Shown piece by piece: positions 39,201-51,251 of a stretch of DNA of 64,000 nucleotides (positions are counted from its first letter, which is position 1; every line of letters starts with the position of its first letter). Both the position numbers and the translations under genes were made by a program. The DNA comes from Macrostomum lignano (Eukaryota). Where the stretch lies: contig NIVC01003649.1 in the NCBI GenBank assembly GCA_002269645.1, positions 21,616 through 85,615 of the forward strand, read 5' to 3'. The notes beneath the pieces are model-generated. The model saw only the letters and a list, made by a program, of their open reading frames with translations. It made no database searches and had not been told where the DNA came from.

Positions 39201-42200
39201 AGGTTGCAGTGTCAGGCATAAGAGGTTGCAGTGTCAGGCATAAGAGGTTGCAGTGTCAGGCATAGAGGTTGCAGTGTCAGGCATAAGAGGTTGCAGTGTC
39301 AGGCATAAGAGGTTGCAGTGTCAGGCATAAGAGGTTGCAGTGTCAGGCATAAGAGGTTGCAGTGTCAGGCATAAGAGGTTGCAGTGTCAGGCATAAGAGG
39401 TTGCAGTGTCAGGCATAAGAGGTTGCAGTGTCAGGCATAGAGGTTGCAGTGTCAGGCATAAGAGGTTGCAGTGTCAGGCATAAGAGGTTGCAGTGTCAGG
39501 CATAAGAGGTTGCAGTGTCAGGCATAAGAGGTTGCAGTGTCAGGCATAGAGGTTGCAGTGTCAGTGTCAGTCAGTTCAACTGTGATTGAGTCAATTATGT
39601 TTTCTGCCAAACAGCGGGTTTTCCCGTTTCGCGCTTTCCTATTTAAGTACAGCCAGTCCTTTTCACGCGTGTTGCCATGCAGGGTCGCCGAGTAGGCCTG
39701 TACAAGCGAGCCCAGATCCTTGTAGCCGACATCTGGGGTGCCCTGGAGGGCGCTGGCCCGGCCGATTTCAACGACATCGACTGTCTGACGGCGTTCGCCG
39801 ACTACCGGATTCCGCAGGCGCTGGAGTACTTTGGGGTGCTGCAGTACGGGCCTTCGCTCAGGGAGGCTCTGAATGAGCGCCGCATGCTGCCCAATGGTCA
39901 CCCTATGGAGGTGGGTTCGGCTGAGCATCTACTTCCTCCCTGAATCATCTACTTCCTCCCTGAATCATCTACTTCCTCCCTGAATCATCTTGTTCCTCCC
40001 TGAATCATCTACTTCCTCCCTGAATCATCCAGTTCCTCCCTGAATCATCTACTTCCTCCCTGAATCATCTACTTCCTCCCTGAATCATCTACTTCCTCCC
40101 TGAATCATCTTGTTCCTCCCTGAATCATCTACTTCCTCCCTGAATCATCTAGTTCTTCCCTGAATCATCTACTTCCTCCCTGAATCATCTTGTTCCTCCC
40201 TGAATCATCTAGTTCTTCCCTGAATCATCTACTTCCTCCCTGAATCATCTAGTTCTTCCCTGAATCATCTACTTCCTCCCTGAATCATCCAGTTCTTCCC
40301 TGAATCATCTACTTCCTCCCTGAATCATCTTGTTCCTCCCTGAATCATCTAGTTCTTCCCTGAATCATCTAGTTCTTCCCTGAATCATCTACTTCCTCCC
40401 TGAATCATCTTGTTCCTCCCTGAATCATCTAGTTCTTCCCTGAATCATCTAGTTCTTCCCTGAATCATCTACTTCCTCCCTGAATCATCTAGTTCTTCCC
40501 TGAATCATCTAGTTCTTCCCTGAATCATCCAGTTCTTCCCTGAATCATCTAATTCTTCCCTGAATCATCTACTTCCTCCCTGAATCATCTACATCCTCCC
40601 TGAATCATCTTGTTCCTCCCTGAATCATCTACTTCCTCCCTGAATCATCTAGTTCTTCCCTGAATCATCTACTTCCTCCCTGAATCATCCAGTTCTTCCC
40701 TGAATCATCTACTTCCTCCCTGAATCATCTTGTTCCTCCCTGAATCATCTAGTTCTTCCCTGAATCATCTAGTTCTTCCCTGAATCATCTACTTCCTCCC
40801 TGAATCATCTTGTTCCTCCCTGAATCATCTAGTTCTTCCCTGAATCATCTAGTTCTTCCCTGAATCATCTACTTCCTCCCTGAATCATCTAGTTCTTCCC
40901 TGAATCATCTAATTCTTCCCTGAATCATCCAGTTCTTCCCTGAATCATCTAATTCTTCCCTGAATCATCTACTTCCTCCCTGAATCATCTACATCCTCCC
41001 TGAATCATCTTGTTCCTCCCTGAATCATCTAGTTCTTCCCTGAATCATCTACTTCCTCCCTGAATCATCTAGTTCTTCCCTGAATCATCTAGTTCTTCCC
41101 TGAATCATCTACTTCCTCCCTGAATCATCTACTTCCTCCCTGAATCATCTAGTTCTTCCCTGAATCATCTAGTTCTTCCCTGAATCATCTACTTCCTCCC
41201 TGAATCATCTTGTTCCTCCCTGAATCATCTAGTTCTTCCCTGAATCATCTAGTTCTTCCCTGAATCATCTTGTTCCTCCCTGAATCATCTAGTTCTTCCC
41301 TGAATCATCTAGTTCTTCCCTGAATCATCTACTTCCTCCCTGAATCATCTTGTTCCTCCCTGAATCATCTAGTTCTTCCCTGAATCATCTAGTTCTTCCC
41401 TGAATCATCTAGTTCTTCCCTGAATCATCTTGTTCCTCCCTGAATCATCTAGTTCTTCCCTGAATCATCTACTTCCTCCCTGAATCATCTTGTTCCTCCC
41501 TGAATCATCTAGTTCTTCCCTGAATCATCTAGTTCTTCCCTGAATCATCTACTTCCTCCCTGAATCATCTACTTCCTCCCTGAATCATCTAGTTCTTCCC
41601 TGAATCATCTAGTTCTTCCCTGAATCATCTACTTCCTCCCTGAATCATCTAGTTCTTCCCTGAATCATCTACTTCCTCCCTGAATCATCTTGTTCCTCCC
41701 TGAATCATCTAGTTCTTCCCTGAATCATCTAGTTCTTCCCTGAATCATCTACTTCCTCCCTGAATCATCTAGTTCTTCCCTGAATCATCTAATTCTTCCC
41801 TGAATCATCCAGTTCTTCCCTGAATCATCTAATTCTTCCCTGAATCATCCAGTTCCTCCATAAATCATCTAGTTCTTCCCTGAATCATCCAGTTCCTCCA
41901 TGAATCATCTAGTTCTTCCCTGAATCATCCAGTTCCTCCCTGAATCATTTATTACCTCCTGAATCATCTACTTCCTCCCTGACCCTGAATCTAGTTCCTC
42001 CCTGAATCATCTAGTTCCCCCAGCTCACACAGAATGTCGTTTTTTGACTTAGATCACTTTGTGTTCTAAAGTCCATGTATCTTAATGTCCTCTAGTAGTA
42101 GGCAGATATAGTATATTTTTAGGCCCTGGAAAGGGCCGTTTTAGCTAGATCGCCAAAATTTGCCCGATCCCATCGCGCGCCCGCAGGTGGAAATTCGCGG

Positions 42201-42384
42201 CGCCACAATCCACGCGGTGGAGCTGCTGGCCAGCGAGATGCGGCGCCGATTCTCGGCCAGTGGAAGCGGTCACCGGCTGATGAACTCAGTGCTGCTCGAC
42301 CACTACCTGTGGGACTACAGGCGGCAGTTCGCGGACAAGATCGACCACCTGCCGTTTCATCGGACCCGCTGCATCTACTACTGA
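36285..42384 (+). CDS. QNG1: Queuosine salvage glycosylase (C9orf64/DUF2419); exons 36285-36548, 36986-37328, 39683-39910, 42187-42384; frameshift near 37106-37109
   Basis: WRRHPLNP...WVFLADTLNFSFW; GYWSLCAAINR; MPLMQERL; FPCYRD; YKRAQILVADIW; FADYRIPQ; VEIRG; NSVLLDHYLWDY; PFHRTRCIYY*. All introns are phase 0; the 1033-nt total requires one indel. AATAAA at 42426. Confidence 0.93.
36660..36930. repeat. 21-bp minisatellite GTGTCAGGATCTGTTGTTTCA in QNG1 intron 1
   Basis: Tandem array. Confidence 0.92.
37329..39565. repeat. 19/21-bp (CTGTTAGACAGCTGTGTTC, to ~38550) and 22-bp (GTTGCAGTGTCAGGCATAAGAG) minisatellites filling QNG1 intron 2
   Basis: Two abutting tandem arrays. Confidence 0.97.
39922..42020. 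repeat. 20-bp minisatellite TGAATCATCTACTTCCTCCC in QNG1 intron 3
   Basis: About 100 tandem copies, period 20. Confidence 0.97.
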
Positions 42385-42559
42385 CCGCTAGTATTAGTAG
42401 TAGTATTAGCTAGCAGTCTGTGCCAAATAAATCGATAAAATTGTGCAATAAACGAACCACTAGCTTAACTGTCTGTTTCTCTGAAATTGCAAATCGTAAT
42501 GGTTTGTTTGAATGCCTTCAGTCTGTGTATCCTAGCAGCCATTGGATGGAGTTATTTCC

Positions 42560-42790
42560 TATCCAGTTTACGTGTACACGGTAACACAGGAGGGTGTACA
42601 GCGGCCCTGACTTTCTAATCGTCAGGCATGTGCACTCTCTGTGCCTTGGGGGTTGGGCCTCATGGCTGTGAATCGCACGACATGCTCCAGACCAATTTCC
42701 GTGCACAGAGCCAAAGTTAGTGAGGCTGCGCACCGAATCGAGCCCAAGTACGTTTCTGCCGCACTATCACTGAGCTCTTCTGCACGCGAA
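42560..42790 (-). mobile_element. tRNA-derived SINE, family A, copy 1
   Basis: Minus strand reads A-box-like GAGCTCAGTGA, B-box GGCTCGATTC and the body TGAGGCCCAACCCCCAAGGCACAG...CACATGCCT...AAAGTCAGGGCCGCTG, which is shared with 46182-46430. Confidence 0.7.
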
Positions 42791-42805
42791 TTTGTAAAAT
42801 ATATC

Positions 42806-43796
<991 letters not shown>

Positions 43797-44241
43797 GCAG
43801 GAATGGGGTCAGTATGGCATAGCAGGGCAGTTACAGTGTTGAGGTAGATAGGAAGTCTATTAAAAAAGAAAAGTCCAGTCCTGTACGCATTCCTCTTAAA
43901 AAGCAATTTCAAACACAAGAACAGGGGTGCTTCCCAGCAGCCATAGTCGGTCCTCAACTTGAGCACACTGGGGACTCAAATGGCCCAGACACAATGGCAA
44001 TTGCTGCATTATAAAGCAGTTCACCACAGCGTACACTGCGTTTGATTGCACAGCACTAAGCTGAAGCCATTCATCCAGACTACTGTACAGGGCGGAGTCA
44101 ACAGCGCGCATTCACAAAAGAAACGGAACCCACATGCGGTATGGCCTAGTATTGCCTTTTATAAATCCTTTAGATTACGCAGTCAGTCACATGACCAGGT
44201 TAGCAATTCTTTCCTGACTGGCATTGCATGCAGAAAATCGC

Positions 44242-44730
44242 ATGGCAACTCCCGCCATCGCTGCCGAGGCCGAATCTCTACTGGCCGAGTGCCTGATGGC
44301 CACTGGTCACGTGACCCAGTGCGCCCTGGCCACCAGGCGGGAGCGTCTTGTTTTAGCCAGCCAGCCCGCGGACTCCAGTGGCTGGCCAAGCGCCAACGAT
44401 ATGCATTGTTTGGCCGGGGCGTTCATCCGGGCTGCTCGGCAGCGGCCGCTGTCTACTACTGCCGATAATGGTGGTAGTAGTAGCATGGGCCTGCCAAAGG
44501 CTGCAGTCTTGCGGCGCCCGCCTCTGCAGCTGGGCGGCCGCAGCTACTTGATTAGCCGGGCCGACGGCTTGTCGATCTATGCTTTGGCAGACGGCGGCGG
44601 CGGCGGCCTGGTGGCGGTGCGGACTTCCGCGCACCTGCTGGTGGCCACCTACTCCGGTGCGATGTGCCCAGCCGTGTGCGTTGAGGCCTGCGAAACATTT
44701 GGCGACTATTTGCGGATGAAGGACAAGTGA
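44242..44730 (+). CDS. PFN4: Profilin, PFN4-like, intronless (162 aa)
   Basis: SLLAECLMATGHVTQCAL...RSYLISRADGLSIYA...LVAVRTSAHLLVATYSGAMCPAVCVEACETFGDYLRMK closely follows PFN4 (LLVATY.EGM.PS.CVEATESLGDYLR). Confidence 0.85.
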   Translation: MATPAIAAEAESLLAECLMATGHVTQCALATRRERLVLASQPADSSGWPSANDMHCLAGAFIRAARQRPLSTTADNGGSSSMGLPKAAVLRRPPLQLGGRSYLISRADGLSIYALADGGGGGLVAVRTSAHLLVATYSGAMCPAVCVEACETFGDYLRMKDK

Positions 44731-44771
44731 AGCTGCGTTGTCCAATTAATTCAAGGTGGAGGTGGAACCTC

Positions 44772-45230
44772 TGATTAATCACTCCCTGATCCTTCAGTTA
44801 GAAGCCCCGATTAATCACTTCCTGATCCTTCAGTTGGAAGCCTGTGATTAATCACTCCCTGATCCTTCAGTTAGAAGCCCCGATTAATCACTTCCTGATC
44901 CTTCAGTTGGAAGCCTGTGATTAATCACTCCCTGATCCTTCAGTTAGAAGCCCCGATTAATCACTTCCTGATCCTTCAGTTGGAAGCCTGTGATTAATCA
45001 CTCCCTGATCCTTCAGTTAGAAGCCCCGATTAATCACTTCCTGATCCTTCAGTTGGAAGCCTGTGATTAAGCACTCCCTGATCCTTCAGTTAGAAGCCCC
45101 GATTAAGCACTCCATGATCCTTCAGTTAGAAGCCCCGATTAAGCACTCCCTGATCCTTCATTTGGAGTCTCAGTAATCACTCCCGATTCTTCAGTTGGAG
45201 TCTCAGATTAAGCACTCCCTGCCCTGATCC
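44772..45230. repeat. 36/37-bp minisatellite in a 73-bp higher-order dimer, just after the profilin stop
   Basis: GATTAATCACTCCCTGATCCTTCAGTTAGAAGCCCC alternates with GATTAATCACTTCCTGATCCTTCAGTTGGAAGCCTGT. Confidence 0.92.
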
Positions 45231-45587
45231 TTCAGATGAAATTTGAGTAGTTAATGCATGTACAAATCCCGGTTGCACAATCACAGTTACCTTAAAAAAA
45301 CATTTTTTTGTTGATATTTTCGAGCTATTTAACGAGCTAGAGTTGATTGTTTATTCCATTTACTTGTAACAAAACAAACTACATTAATACTGCATGCATG
45401 AAAAACAATAAAGTTAAAAAATAACAAGAAAAACAAAGCCGGGGAGCGTGAAGCTTGTTATTGTTCTTGGAATTCATGGAATGGTTCGCAGAAACGCCAT
45501 GTCTATGGTAAAAAGCGGTAGTATCGCTAGGGCATCGAGCCCAAGTGCAGTATATTGCACTGAAATCCCAGCTAAATACGATCGTAC

Positions 45588-47557
45588 ATGAAAAGGACAA
45601 GAATGCCTCAACGACTGAAGCAGCAGTTTCGACGTCTGGACGCCCTCATCCGGGTCTACTCGCCGCCCAGACAAGCTCGCGTCGTATTCTGGGATCCGGC
45701 GGACTTGCCGGCCTCATCGCCATCTGTAGCCACCGACAGCGGTGAACAGCCGAGCACCAACGCCTGCAACAGTCGCTCTTCTCAGCAGCAGGTCCCCCAA
45801 GAAGACCGGGACGGTCTGACCGCAGCGCCGAGTCGCAGGGAAATCAAGCAGCAGGCCCAGAGGCGCTGGGTCGGCTCCGTAGTCGAAGCTCTATCGGATG
45901 TGTTCTCCGCCATCTGGACCAACTTTATCGAGACGTCTGCCGAGTTTCAACAGGCTTCCCAGCTTCGGCCGGGCAGCTGCGGCAGCAGGCCGGGCACAGA
46001 CGCCAAGCTGGTGTCCAATGCGTTCTCGTCCGATCAGCTGATGAGCTCTCGGCCGAGCTTCCGGACTCACTTCCGCCTGCTTCAGGAGTTCAGCAACTCG
46101 CATGCGCTTACGGTAGGTTTTGAATTTCTCATTTTCTACTTCTTTGTTTTTTAGCACGTTCACGCGGTGTTTTAATCACTGAGGGGCCGTAGCCTCGTGG
46201 TATAGAGCAGCGCTCTGATGTACCAGCGGCCCAGGCTCGATTCCAAGTGCAGTCACATTAATTGTAGGGCTAAATTGGAATCTCAGCTTGGCTCTGCTCG
46301 TGCAATTAACGGCCTTGAGGGGCCAACCCCCAAGGCACAGTGAAGTGTACATGCCTAACAATAAATAAAGTTAGGGCCGCTGAGCACTCCTGTGTGACTG
46401 GGTGCCTGTGTGTATGACTGCGTACGTATCCGCGCGCTTGTGTGCCTGCTCAGGGGAGTCGGCGGAATAGGCAATAATGCCTCTCGTCTAAAGTGCACCA
46501 AGGCGCCAAGGGTGCACACAGCCCCTGCCTCTAACCAAAATGTTCGAATTCTCATCTGGTTGCCTTTTCTTGCTCAAACCAATCGTGCAGGACTGGGAGA
46601 ATAACGCGGCGGTGAACGCCTACATCGAGCAGCTAAAGTTCGATCCAATGATCACCGAGTGCTGCACTGGCTTGTTCAACCGGTTAGACGTGCCAACCCT
46701 GCAGACGGTTGACTCGTTCGTGCGCACTCTGCGCCAGGTCTGGTTCCAACCGCTGGAGACCAATGCTGGGCAGCCGCGCTGCGGCTATCACCACGTGTGC
46801 ATCGGGGAGTTTCACAGCCGGAGCAAGTCAATCGGGGGCATGCACAACTGGTTCAAGTATCTGCTCGAAGAGGAGAAGCACAACACTAGGATTCTAAACT
46901 GGTGGTCCTACGAGAAAAACTTTCGTGAGTTTTCGTCTCATTACAAAGCTTAGCAAAATGATTATTTTTTCAGAATTAAAAGCATGGATTGCTCCTTTGC
47001 AATCTGTGTAATCAAAGGTGTCAACCATATCTGCTACCCAAAGCTCTTGTCTACGACACAAATCAACCAATGGACTGGCACCGACTGAGCCAATTGACTT
47101 GTTACCTGTTTGGATTTATTGATAATATTGATAATAACTGCAGGAGTGCTTGGGCAACCTGACGCAACGCCTTCGGTTAATCCTGCCGTGGTTGGGCAGA
47201 CGCTCTGAGTGTGGAATTTTCCAATTTAGTAGTAACCAAATCTATTTTTATGACACTTGCGTGCTGTTGCAATAAACCTGTCAAACTTTTGCAGACCTGA
47301 TCAGCATGAAGTTCAACATGAAACACCCGGATTTCGATGCCTGGTACACAAAAGAAAAGTCCAGCTTCCTGGTTGGTGTGCCAACCGATTTTGAGTTGCT
47401 GCTGTTCACTGTGGTTACCATGGTGAATCCTAACAGGGACACAAGCATTCAGATCAAGGACTACGAGCCCTTGGTGGTTGTGCCCAGGAGCTTGAAGAAG
47501 ACGGGCAGTTTGGTGACGGCGTACTTTCGTGAGAGTCCCAAAAGGATCAGCGGTTAG
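45588..47557 (+). CDS. ENDOU: EndoU/XendoU family uridylate-specific endoribonuclease; exons 45588-46112, 46591-46924, 47295-47557 (373 aa)
   Basis: GYHHVCIGE (cf. GFEHVFVGE), GMHNW and KEKSSFLVGVPTDFELLLFT (cf. K..S.F.G.SPEFE.ALYT) keep the His-His-Lys triad; junction phases 0 and 1 give 1122 nt in frame. Confidence 0.85.
46182..46430 (+). mobile_element. tRNA-derived SINE, family A, copy 2, in EndoU intron 1
   Basis: GGGCCGTAGCCTCGTGGTATAGAGC (A box) and GGCTCGATTCC (B box), then the body shared with the 42560-42790 copy. Confidence 0.72.
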
Positions 47558-47804
47558 GAGCTGACTGGCTGGTAGCGCAGCTTCACTCCACTGTTTCCGT
47601 TTTGATTTTGGTTTCATTTCTTCAAAATTTAATTTGCAAATTCACTGCCCTCAAACAGTTAACTTGAAATTGAAGCCAAACTTAAATAGACAGCTGACCT
47701 CAAAGTACGTCAAAAATTGGCATTTGCGTTTGCGTAACTGAATCAGCAGTTTTTGTTTGTTTTGCTTTGGGGAGCGGCAGAATTTAAACTGTAGGACTGT
47801 CAGG

Positions 47805-48675
47805 GGGTGACCCAGCAACTGGGGATCTGGGAGGCTGACCCAGCAACTGAGGATCTGGGAGGCTGACCCAGCAACTGATGATCTGGGAGGCTGGCCCAGC
47901 AACTGAGGATCTGGGAGACTGGCCCAGAAACTGAGGATCTGGGAGGCTGGCCCAGAAACTGAGGATCTGGGAGGCTGGCCCAGCAGCTGAGGATCTGGGA
48001 GGCTGGCTCAGCAACTGAGGATCTGGGAGGGTGGCTCAACAACTGAGGATCTGGGAGGCTGGCCCAGCAACTGAGGATCTGGGAGGCTGGCCCAGCAACT
48101 GAGGATCTGGGAGGGTGGCTCAACAACTGAGGATCTGGGAGGCTGGCTCAGCAACTGAGGATCTGGGAGGCTGGCTCAACAACTGAGGATCTGGGAGGCT
48201 GGCCCAGAAACTGAGGATCTGGGAGGCTGGCCCAGAAACTGAGGATCTGGGAGGCTGGCCCAGCAACTGGGGATCTGGGAGACTGGCCCAGAAACTGAGG
48301 ATCTGGGAGACTGGCCCAGAAACTGAGGATCTGGGAGGCTGGCCCAGCAACTGGGGATCTGGGAGACTGGCCCAGAAACTGAGGATCTGGGAGGCTGGCC
48401 CAGAAACTGAGGATCTGGGAGGCTGGCCCAGCAACTGAGGATCTGGGAGGCTGGCCCAGCAACTGAGGATCTGGGAGGGTGGCTCAACAACTGAGGATCT
48501 GGGAGGCTGGCTCAGCAACTGAGGATCTGGGAGGCTGGCTCAACAACTGAGGATCTGGGAGGCTGGCCCAGCAACTGAGGATCTGGGAGGGTGGCTCAAC
48601 AACTGAGGATCTGGGAGGCTGGCTCAGCAACTGAGGATCTGGGAGGCTGGCTCAACAACTGAGGATCTGGGAGGG
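47805..48675. repeat. 28-bp minisatellite GAGGATCTGGGAGGCTGGCCCAGCAACT
   Basis: About 30 tandem copies; same unit as at 35735. Confidence 0.96.
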
Positions 48676-49457
48676 CAGTGGCAGCCAGGTATATTAAAAT
48701 CGATAGTCAGTATGCATGACTGCTCTCGTCAGCGAAGCTACAACTAAAATGAGAAATGAAGTGCACACGAATTTCAAAAGGAAATTCACTTTTGCCGAAG
48801 CTTATTTCCTCCGCTTCGGATTAGAGTAGTCCCTGAGTGGTCAATTCTACTTGTTTGTCCTAAAAGCAGTGAAGTTTATTCTTCGGTAAGTGGCAAACAC
48901 TGCAGATGTGCAGTGTGCATTAGAATACACAAGCAGAAGCTCTGCTAGATAGCCTTAGCACAGTGAGGGCCATCAGTGGTTTGTTGACAAGTTTTATCTT
49001 GCATCTCTGCTACGGCGAAAGAGAAAAAAATAATCATGGCAAAAGGCAATGATGTTGTAAGCGCTGAGCTCTCTCTGGCTCTCTCTCTCCGTGCAAGGGC
49101 CAAGCTGAGGTTTGAGCACAGGTAAACACGGGGCTTGAGAACTACGCACGTATGAGCCAGTTGAGCCATAAACTGCTGTGCAGGGTTGATGAAGAAAGCA
49201 GCTCGCCAGTCTCTCTCTCTTTCCTTCACCTCGCGCTTAAAGCAGAAGAATAGAATCGTCCAGATACTAACGCACAGTGGTCCGCTGTCTCCTGGGCAAC
49301 AGAGAATGAGTGGCAGATGCGCGCTGTGCGCAGACCCGCTTTTTATAAGATGAACGCGGGCAAGGTGGCAACGGGAGAGACATAGCTGTTGACAAATCAA
49401 GCAATCTTTGAAATCTGACTTCTCAGCTGAGCACGCGAGCATCGATCAATCGCTACG

Positions 49458-50746
49458 ATGGCGCTGTTACGCGGCCTGGAAGAGCCGGAGAACGTGGGCT
49501 ACTACGCGGTGATCAGGTTCACGCAGGACATTGCCTACAATTACCACAATAGCGTCAAGCGCACAGCCTCCATCATTCAGCGCAGCCACGGTGGACACGA
49601 GTGCGCCTTCCTGCCGGACGTGCAGCGTATCGAAGGCGATGAGAGGCGACTGTACGGCTACGGAGTTTTGTACTTTCCGAACTTCGACGCGGCCAAGTAC
49701 TGGTACGAGTGCACTAATGAGGTTCGCCAGCAGGACTGGCTGTGGTCAGCCGATATTGTAATCGTGCCAGCTCGAGGCGCCTTCGACAAAGGCATGGCCG
49801 TCCTGGAGATCAACGACTGGTCAGCGTTCAGGGATCAGACGGCTTTCGAAGACGAGTACCTCAAGGGGCTCAACAACACGACTGAGGGCCGTTGGAACAT
49901 TGTGGCCTGTCCGGACTACCTGCAGTACCGGATGCGCAGCAGCTGGAGTCCCAAGTACCTGGTTATCAACCAGTGGTCCGACGTGGAAACCTGGCGAAGT
50001 TACAGGCAAGCACACGGCGCCGCGATGCACAGCTTCGCCCAGACCGTGGCCACGGGCTCCGTTCAGGTTGGCGTCAATCTTAACGTGTGAGACTCGAATA
50101 TAGCGACTTTTTCGGACAAGATGTTGCGTTAATTAACACTGTTTCCTAATTTGGATCTTGTTATTTTTCCTTCTTTATCAAAGAACTGTCCCTCACAGCA
50201 GTTAGCGCTAATAGTTAGAGAAATTTGTGTCTCTATAGTTCCGCTTTGATTCAATATTCCTGGCCATGGTAGATAAAATCAATGTACGAGCGTCCATGTG
50301 CTTCAAAGCAACCCAAATTAAACTGAAATATTCAACTGCAAGAAATTTTAATTATATATTGAAGGCGCAGGCTATTTTTAATTCATGAATAACTAAAAAA
50401 GTCATTCTATGTACTCGTACTTGTAAATATATATGTGAAAAAATATACTATCGAGATTTTTGCTTTATTTTCACAGCGATGCAAAAATTTGAATTAAAAG
50501 TCAACTAATCAATTTATTTAACTCTTTGTTTTAATTGAGTTATGCTTGATTTCATTCAAGGTACGCTCGTAGTATAATATACGAGTATATACTAAAGCAG
50601 AGTTGTCTGTAGGTATGCGATAGATTTAAAAATATATAATACTTACATTTATAATAGTACCATGGACTACTTAACTGTCGTTTATATAAATGGAACGTTT
50701 CATTTTTGATCCGCAGACTTGCATTTCCTCACAGGTTAAAGAATAG
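49458..50746 (+). CDS. Tandem DUF1330-like (dimeric alpha/beta barrel) protein; exon 49458-50066 plus a possible short last exon 50717-50746
   Basis: Domain 1: YYAVIRF...SHGG...RIEGD...GVLYFPNFDAAKYWY. Domain 2: SWSPKYLVINQWSDVETW. Donor CAG|GTTGG at 50067; the last exon (TCISSQVKE*) is tentative. Confidence 0.7.
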
Positions 50747-51251
50747 ATATTTTAGTCATTGTGAAGCAGCATTAACAACGGAAATGGATTTACATGGTTG
50801 ATGCTTAAAAATTTAGTACTATACTAAGCATAACTGCGTAAGCTCATACTTTTTTAAACAGAAGTATTTTTTCAGAAACATAAAACCGATTAAAAGCCTA
50901 AGAAACCCCAGTTTAAGCCAAATCACCGTGAACCTGCAGATCGTTTCAGTTGTTCAAGTAGCTAGCTTCATGCAAAGATAGGAAAGACACAAGACTTCGT
51001 TTTAAAAATAAATGCAATTTATGCTGCGGCTGAGTAAGCCAGTGCAGTTAGGTTTATTCCGTTCAAAAGAAGAGTCAGCTACCGCAAAAAACTCATTTAG
51101 GTTTGTTTCGTTCTGGTATAACAAAAACTACGGTACTAAATTAAACGGTGAAAAACCGATGCAGCAGAGTTTCATGAAAAAATTCACGCAGGTAAATTAT
51201 TGTTCATTAACGGTGGATTGCCATGCATACGGTTCCGTGCACTTTTGCACT

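Noticed and set aside
46185-46260. tRNA genes here and at 57680 and 60900
   Set aside because: A/B boxes are present but there is no complete cloverleaf, and each continues into a shared non-tRNA body, so they are SINE heads.
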